DNA from: an uncultured Gammaproteobacteria bacterium | GTDB lineage: Bacteria > Patescibacteriota > Microgenomatia > UBA8517 > UBA10165 | DNA length: 64,000 bases | Reading direction: 5' to 3' | Assembly (NCBI GenBank): GCA_964472675.1 | Contig: CAYYLO010000003.1 | Location: forward strand, 3,768 to 67,767 | In this document: positions 59,201-64,000 of the stretch, in pieces | How the letters are laid out: each line of letters opens with the position of its first letter | Position numbering within the stretch: the stretch's first letter is position 1 | Position numbers and translations under genes: made by a program | The notes under the pieces: model-generated | What the model saw: only the letters and a program-made list of their open reading frames with translations | What the model was told of the DNA's origin: nothing | The model's database searches: none

Positions 59201-60246
59201 TGGCCAGGCGTAAAATTCTGAAAATCGGGGTTTTGAGGATCATAAATGCTTATTCCAGTTATGGCTGGATTATCAATGTCGCCCTCTAGTGTGAATCCTG
59301 TACCTTCTAAAGTTTTATTGATTGCGGGTATTACCTGGTCGTCTGGTGTTTCATCGTCGAGTCCTAAAGCTTGTTTGGCAGCTTGAATTTGTTCTACTGT
59401 GGGAGCATTAAGTGCGGCATCAATTTGTGCTTGCTGGTCTGCCTGGGCTTTAATTACTTCCTGTTCGGCTGCTTCTGCCAAATTACCCAATTGTTCTTCG
59501 TATCCTGCATTTAGTATTCCGCTTAATATCTCTGGAGTTTTGACTATTGCGTCCTGGGAGGAAGAGAAAGTGTCTGATAAAGCTCCGGGAAGCTGGTTGC
59601 CCGCTTCTTCAATTCCAGAGATTAAATTTTGCAAAACTGTTTGATCTGAGGTTATTTCTCGAGCATCCTGAGTCGGGGCATCTGTGCGACCTGTTACCTC
59701 ATCCCCATAGTTTTCGTACTCATTCAAAAGGTCTTGTTGGGAAGAGGCATCAACAACCGGAAATTCAAGAGCTGTTTGCCGGTAATCCTCTGTAACATCC
59801 TGGGCTTGCTCATTTGCCGATGTTATAGAGACACTGCCTTCATCTTCGCGGGCCGTTTGAAGTTCAGTTAGACTTCCAGACATCTCCGCCTGTTCAGAGG
59901 CAATTTGTTCTGTAAACTCTGTGAAAACAGGGGCTTCTTGGGGTTGGGGTTCGAATTCTTGGACTGGCACGGGAGCTTCTTCCACAGGCGATGGCTCTTG
60001 TGGAACTTCCGGTTCCTGAACTTCTGCCGGAGGCGCTTCGGTTGCTTGTTCTTCAACGGCGGGCCCCGAGTCAGAAGGGGCAGGAGCTTCAACTGGCGTT
60101 TCTTGAGGCACAGTTTCCGCTGGTTGTTCTGGAAAGGGCTCTAATATGCCATCTTGCGCATATACCAAAGCTGGAGCTAGGGTGGTAAAAACAATTTGAA
60201 AACACAGAAAGATACTTGTGAGTTTAAAGAGTATTTTGCTTTTCAT
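56290..60246 (-). CDS. giant secreted protein (1318 aa) with signal peptide, P/E/Q-rich low-complexity N-terminal region and internal HExxH (THECIHAA)
   Basis: Signal peptide LTSIFLCFQIVFTTLAPALVYA; PE/PQ repeats; HECIH motif. Confidence 0.45.
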   Translation of the reverse strand: MKSKILFKLTSIFLCFQIVFTTLAPALVYAQDGILEPFPEQPAETVPQETPVEAPAPSDSGPAVEEQATEAPPAEVQEPEVPQEPSPVEEAPVPVQEFEPQPQEAPVFTEFTEQIASEQAEMSGSLTELQTAREDEGSVSITSANEQAQDVTEDYRQTALEFPVVDASSQQDLLNEYENYGDEVTGRTDAPTQDAREITSDQTVLQNLISGIEEAGNQLPGALSDTFSSSQDAIVKTPEILSGILNAGYEEQLGNLAEAAEQEVIKAQADQQAQIDAALNAPTVEQIQAAKQALGLDDETPDDQVIPAINKTLEGTGFTLEGDIDNPAITGISIYDPQNPDFQNFTPGQWQERLQQGQTALKSIGEFSLNMASGGGLDLGKAEIARNEANKSDLDQLENLRQGTGFSPPFGVIDPEQEREIIRLQRLSSDDLKAEIDRIRTEQPDDVSFFEQQLTAKKAYADRLAQYDKDQMQRIDEGMKDYAAFVILNTVGAKAMEKGGDFLAPYAERVTSPIRNAAETVVDFVGGFFKKEALNVEERAVQTALQKGEPVFAQTLISAGDYVQTIGTRQNEGFPPLTPFDDQPAFIRFKVMEVWTKTFGNLTNDFSQESEKAQMQVFAEWLRAGKTEEEIVSKYYQAAKAMIDANGGQLESSINAAARYNSRLTYDTGVANQLLDLTDSLLLKSQGEKVLASKLDDAASSLAALRKYAVDNGADKQAFSAILRATDPDNIHIVTPAKLQALGQPANTAGLYVGSDKQLLIRADMDISAVVTHECIHAACGLTTRDVVQRAEALNYQLGGVENRKKLTEGLTEWANLKAYELQGKQPDFVSGYGQQVNAVEKIIQKLQEGGYVLDKGLERPEAEAKVIEAAVSGYYGRLYEPLGKGNEQKGQQILKEILDNTPDTSSNVIEAHLPTNVPEKVQILTPKERAAIVAAGLAVSAPLEYIGIKGIIEIREEENKLLPFNFPFVKHVNAQVSDKGEPKHYQIFNMRTRLNFIKHTLSNDGFVSKDLVEEILKSDIVDPSVIQTPSGYVFVTGKTGSVSGKIESGNYTIRVPSYEQISLAFPQKVEIRNGEQVVPIGINYDKGANNQARNKTSFLKIAAYATENDQPIKVTTYYDQNKNGKWDDNEHAIPWAGVQVELRKVNQEKFINLSAGWNLITLTAVPSIPLTASSLLAQIAKQGGYATSVANLENGEWQTYVQRGDKAYSGQDFPLLPGKAYFVKNLKKSVMIFEGQEFAAPLKTTLASGWNAVGFPKNSTFHKVSDLISGDLTMARWKSGLWDTYVKQSKEQYGEDFPIEVNRGYIIKVKDKSELAI

Positions 60247-60317
60247 AATTCAAGATTCTGGTCAAGACAGAATGACAAACTGGGCGCACTAAAAGGCGCT
60301 ACTACACACATCACCCT

Positions 60318-61055
60318 TCACTTTTCATTCGTCACTATCAAGTCCGGCCAGGGTTTGTCTTTCCCTGGCGGTGTGGTTGCTTTTCCAGTTCCTTTGGTCC
60401 CTGCGTAAATTAGTACTTCTTCTACTGTGCTAGCAGATGTTGGGAAAGCGGATTTGAAGTCTTCTGTCCGTAAATTTCCAAGGTCTAAGGACCAGCGCCC
60501 GGAAAGGTTTGTCAAAGCTGACAAAAGTGTTGAACTTTTGCTGCCGTTTTTTGCTCTCAGATACACCATCGCTCCAACAATGGGTTTTTTATTTTTATCT
60601 AATACTCTGCCATAAACAGGATTGGGGGAAGGCAGAGAGGAAAGCGCTTGAGCAGTTGTTAATCTACCTATATATTTTTTGCCGATACCTTGATAAATAG
60701 CAAAAGTGTAAGTTTTACCGGATTTTAGGTTTTCAAGAGTCACATGATGTGTCGTATAAAATCCGGGGCGCGGTAAGGATTTGTCTCCATCATCTTTTTG
60801 CAAGCTTTTTGACCAGCGGGGGAATAGAGGAAGCTTATCAGTTGTTGCAATTACTAGCCCTGTTGTTGCTTTCCTGGTAGTCCATGAAACAGTGGCCTGA
60901 TGATCAGTTACGTTTGAGATTAAAACATTTTCCGGAGGCGAGGCTGGCTCAAAGGCTACTACCAAAAAAGGCAAAACTGCGAAAATTAATAAGCCCGAAA
61001 TAAAGAGTCCGAGTAAGGGAAAACGAATACGTTTCCATAACGGATCAGGTTGCAT
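60318..61055 (-). CDS. FN3/PAP-N-like domain protein (paralog of 54632-55861 N-terminus)
   Basis: ISNVTDHQATVSWTTRKATTGLVIATTD...HHVTLENLKSGKTYTFAIY. Confidence 0.45.
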   Translation of the reverse strand: MQPDPLWKRIRFPLLGLFISGLLIFAVLPFLVVAFEPASPPENVLISNVTDHQATVSWTTRKATTGLVIATTDKLPLFPRWSKSLQKDDGDKSLPRPGFYTTHHVTLENLKSGKTYTFAIYQGIGKKYIGRLTTAQALSSLPSPNPVYGRVLDKNKKPIVGAMVYLRAKNGSKSSTLLSALTNLSGRWSLDLGNLRTEDFKSAFPTSASTVEEVLIYAGTKGTGKATTPPGKDKPWPDLIVTNEK

Positions 61056-61090
61056 ACTTTAATATGACATATTTTGTGTTCTTGTAAAAG

Positions 61091-61415
61091 ATGGCACTGA
61101 ATATATACTGGGTTATGGCATTTGATAAGACAGAATTAAAACAACTTCAAGAACTGTTCAAGGAAAACAATAAGGCTATAGCAGAAGCCGTGTCTAAGGG
61201 TTTTGAAGTTATGGGCGAACAAATTGAGGGTACGAGATCAGAAATCCTTGGAGGGTCGATGATCTCGAGAAAAAGGTTGATGTTGGTTTTGAGCGAACCG
61301 ACGACTCTCTCGATAGAAAAAATCTAAAGGGGTATAACCACGAACAAAGATTAATCAAGTTGGAGAAAATTCATCCAAAAGGTAAGCACGCTATACCTGT
61401 TTCCAGTTGAAAATT
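61091..61415 (+). pseudogene. frameshifted paralog of small protein 8984-9220 (C-terminal IHPKGKH motif lies in a different frame)
   Basis: ORF 61091-61327 N-terminus (TELKQLQELFKEN) resembles (QDLEQIEELIEEK). Downstream frame encodes HEQRLIKLEKIHPKGKHAIPVSS*. Confidence 0.35.
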
Positions 61416-62809
61416 ACTCCTTGTGCGCCCAGTAGTTCTTCCATCAATAAGACCACCTTCTTTAGTCCAATCCCGTTTTTGGCTTCAGCGCGGAGGGATA
61501 AGACATTTTCAGTATTGGAGAGACGAATTAGGCCCCAGCTGCTGTTGGGAAAAGTGAACAAAACTCCATCTGTTAGATTAATTCTTGCCTCCGGGTACTT
61601 CTTTATTATCTCTTCTTTCACTTTTTCAATAAGTTTTTCTTTGTCTGCCCGTTCGGGAAGATTTACTCGAACTTCTTCCGTTGCGTAAACTTTAGGAAAT
61701 GTATGCACAAGTTGAGAAACGGCAACCTTTTTCTCCCCAATAATCTGGCAAAAACGTGCCGCGGCATAGGTTGCATCACCAAATCCATAATATTCATCCT
61801 TAAAGTAAAAATGTCCCGACAATTCTGCTCCAAAGGGAGAGTTAGCTTTTTGCATAGTATTCATCATAAACGGATAACCAGTTTTTGAATAAACGACTTT
61901 GCCGCCGTGCTTTTCTATATAAGTTGTTGCTGCGCTTGACGTGCCCACATTAACAACCATGCTCTCACCTGGCTTTTTCTCTAAAATGGATGCGGCAAAA
62001 ATTGCCCCCAAAAGATCATCTTGTACAAAAAAACCTTTTTCATCATAAATTCCCAGCCGATCTCCATCCCCGTCAAAAGCCAGCCCAAAATCTGCCTTGT
62101 TCTCTTTGATGGAATAACTTAAATTTTTATAGTTATCAGTTAATTGCGGATACGGCAAGTGGTTGGGGAACGTACCGTCCGATTCAGTATAAAGCTCGAT
62201 AACTTCGCAACCCAAACTTCTAAAAAGGTCAGGCGCAAAAAGTCCTGTCGTTCCGTTGCCCGAATCAATAACTATTTTTAATTTCCGAGGCATCTTAATC
62301 AACTGGAGTATCTGTTCTTTATAACTTGGCCAGATATCTTCCTTTTGCAATTTGCCCTTGCCTTTCTCAAACTTGCCAATCTTAATAATTTTTGCCAATT
62401 CCTGGTAGTCTTTTGTCGAAAAAGGCTTCTTGTTAAAACTAATTTTTAATCCATTAAATTCCGGCTTATTGTGGCTTGCCGTTATAGAAACTCCTGCAGA
62501 CACCCCCGAGGTGTACTCTGAAAAGTTAGCCATAGGTGTTGTCACGATTCCTAAATTTGTAACACCACAACCTGTGGAAAGTAGACCCTCTATAAAACTT
62601 TTCGACAAATCTTCACCGGAAGGCCGGTTATCACGGCCCACAGCAATGCTATTATTTGAAACGTTGGCTGATCCGTGACAAATTACATACGTTCCAAAAG
62701 CCTGCCCCAAAGCAAAAAATACATCTTCATTTATTTCTTCAGGATAAACACCACGAATATCATACGCATGGAACATACCGCTTGTTAAAGAAGGGAGCAT
62801 CAACCTCAA
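61391..62809 (-). CDS. phosphoglucomutase/phosphomannomutase family protein
   Basis: Active-site GVSITASHNKPEFNGLK (TASHN), Mg-binding DGDGDR, sugar-binding GEESG-like region. Confidence 0.85.
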   Translation of the reverse strand: MRLMLPSLTSGMFHAYDIRGVYPEEINEDVFFALGQAFGTYVICHGSANVSNNSIAVGRDNRPSGEDLSKSFIEGLLSTGCGVTNLGIVTTPMANFSEYTSGVSAGVSITASHNKPEFNGLKISFNKKPFSTKDYQELAKIIKIGKFEKGKGKLQKEDIWPSYKEQILQLIKMPRKLKIVIDSGNGTTGLFAPDLFRSLGCEVIELYTESDGTFPNHLPYPQLTDNYKNLSYSIKENKADFGLAFDGDGDRLGIYDEKGFFVQDDLLGAIFAASILEKKPGESMVVNVGTSSAATTYIEKHGGKVVYSKTGYPFMMNTMQKANSPFGAELSGHFYFKDEYYGFGDATYAAARFCQIIGEKKVAVSQLVHTFPKVYATEEVRVNLPERADKEKLIEKVKEEIIKKYPEARINLTDGVLFTFPNSSWGLIRLSNTENVLSLRAEAKNGIGLKKVVLLMEELLGAQGVIFNWKQV

Positions 62810-62811
62810 TA

Positions 62812-63483
62812 CTAGATGGAAGTTAAAAGCAGTTCAAGCGAGGAAAACAAATCAACAGGCAGTGTGGAATTTTTACTCTTGCGGTCAAGCTCCAAAAGCT
62901 TGGTATTTAAGTTTTTAAGGTTGCTCTCAGAATACCGGCCCGATTGAGCAATAAGCTTTCCTTTCTGCCATAACGGAAGAGTCATTGCTGCCGGTTCAAG
63001 TTTTGCCCACAATAATTGACGGACACGAGAAGCCAGCATTATCAAAACAAATTCTGCTTCCAAACCCCGTTTTGCTGTTTCTAAAAGTTCTAGAACTTTT
63101 TTAGTATTCTTGGGATAAATATTATCTAGAAGAGCAAACAAAACCGTTGGCAGCTTAAATTCTAAAACTGTAAATCGGCCAGACAGCTTTTTTAGTATAC
63201 CGGCAGTTAAAAGTCTTTTCTCCCAAATTATTAACGTTGTATCCTTGGGTATATCTGACAAAATTTCACCTGCTTCTTTGTCCGCTGTTAAAAAATTTTC
63301 AACAACGATTAGATTTTGGCTTCCAAATAGACCTTGCGCAAAGACCACGTCAAGCAGTTCTTTTTTGCTGGGATTATCCAAATAGACGACCTCAAGCCCG
63401 TTTTTTTTACCGTCATTTACTAGAGAAACAAGTTTTTCTCTTGAGGCAACCTGGTTGTCGCCATGAAGTAAGAATGAATTCAT
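62812..63483 (-). CDS. holA: DNA polymerase III delta subunit-like (HolA)
   Basis: N-terminal LLHGDNQVASREKL, AAA+-like clamp-loader fold pattern; weak. Confidence 0.45.
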   Translation of the reverse strand: MNSFLLHGDNQVASREKLVSLVNDGKKNGLEVVYLDNPSKKELLDVVFAQGLFGSQNLIVVENFLTADKEAGEILSDIPKDTTLIIWEKRLLTAGILKKLSGRFTVLEFKLPTVLFALLDNIYPKNTKKVLELLETAKRGLEAEFVLIMLASRVRQLLWAKLEPAAMTLPLWQKGKLIAQSGRYSESNLKNLNTKLLELDRKSKNSTLPVDLFSSLELLLTSI

Positions 63484-63884
63484 TTGTTTAAAAATGCCTG
63501 TTGGTATAGCAATTTTACCTTCTTTTCGTTCACTCCGCCTTTTCTTTTGTGAGGAACTAGTGCTCCGGAAAAATTTTTAGGGATGTGAAGAAGCTCGTGA
63601 ATTAAGACATGATCTTTTTCAAATGAGGAAAGTTTGTTGAATTTTTCGCTTATCACTTCCAAAATGTATGCCGGTTCAACTCCTAGCGTGCTTTGCCAAA
63701 TTCGGTTTAAACCCCAAATCCTGGCATAAGCGCGAGTTTTGGCGCCCGTGCTTTCATAGCAAAAAATACGATTTGTGCGGATGTATCCAAGGCCACAGGC
63801 GGCAACCAGACAATATACTCTTGTAGATATTTTAGCAGAACTTTGCCATTCTAACTTTGCTCTTTTTGTCACCCGCCTTTTCAT
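63480..63884 (-). CDS. HExxH metal-dependent hydrolase (DUF45/SprT-like)
   Basis: VLIHELLHI motif near C-terminus; 134 aa. Confidence 0.4.
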   Translation of the reverse strand: MKRRVTKRAKLEWQSSAKISTRVYCLVAACGLGYIRTNRIFCYESTGAKTRAYARIWGLNRIWQSTLGVEPAYILEVISEKFNKLSSFEKDHVLIHELLHIPKNFSGALVPHKRKGGVNEKKVKLLYQQAFLNK

Positions 63885-64000
63885 TCTTTGTACACCTCTG
63901 CCCCCTCTTTTAATTTTTGGGTGACCTTAATACCGATCTCATCACCTTTTTGGGCTGAATCTACACTTTGATGCTCAATTTGGATAGAGTCAACTTCCTG

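Noticed and set aside
1-64000. CRISPR arrays / rRNA genes
   Set aside because: No regularly spaced direct repeats and no rRNA-like conserved stretches were seen anywhere in the window.

Overview
This window reads as a low-GC (~38-40%) bacterial chromosome segment of small-genome, CPR/Patescibacteria-like character. Housekeeping content includes peptidoglycan/PBP1A, uvrA/uvrB/uvrC, lexA, a UmuC-like polymerase, enolase, iPGM, PEP synthase, PGM, SecG, rsmI, pyrG, a GT39 glycosyltransferase and giant secreted FN3/low-complexity proteins. There are also unusual archaeal-type genes: a DRG-family GTPase and a cupin-type phosphoglucose isomerase. Eleven tRNA genes sit in three clusters: His/Arg and Pro/Gly; Leu-Leu-Gln-Val; and Phe/Gly, plus a lone tRNA-Leu(TAA). 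The accessory material hangs on these clusters.

The most interesting region is ~27.1-31.7 kb, between the tRNA-Val and tRNA-Phe/Gly genes. It holds a 3'-truncated large serine recombinase, a 0.9-kb ~25% GC non-coding spacer, and a convergent six-gene cassette. That cassette comprises an unknown 269-aa protein, a zinc-ribbon+DUF4145-like protein, an XRE-type HTH protein, two small or membrane proteins and a single-HKD phospholipase-D-family nuclease. I interpret it as a decayed integrative element carrying a candidate, undescribed defence/abortive-infection module.

Other notable features:
- A REP-associated tyrosine transposase (RAYT) is flanked by inverted REP hairpins. An identical 17-mer copy of the REP lies inside the pgm coding sequence.
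- A GC-rich operon encoding an HExxH protein sits next to the RAYT and looks horizontally acquired.
- A DinD/Bro-N + GIY-YIG cassette is bracketed by ~33-bp direct repeats.
- A ~55-nt conserved trailer follows two different tRNA-Gly genes.
- pyrG is broken by two homopolymer indels.
- A RelE/ParE-RHH toxin-antitoxin pair is present.

All calls are from reading the sequence; no database search was possible.
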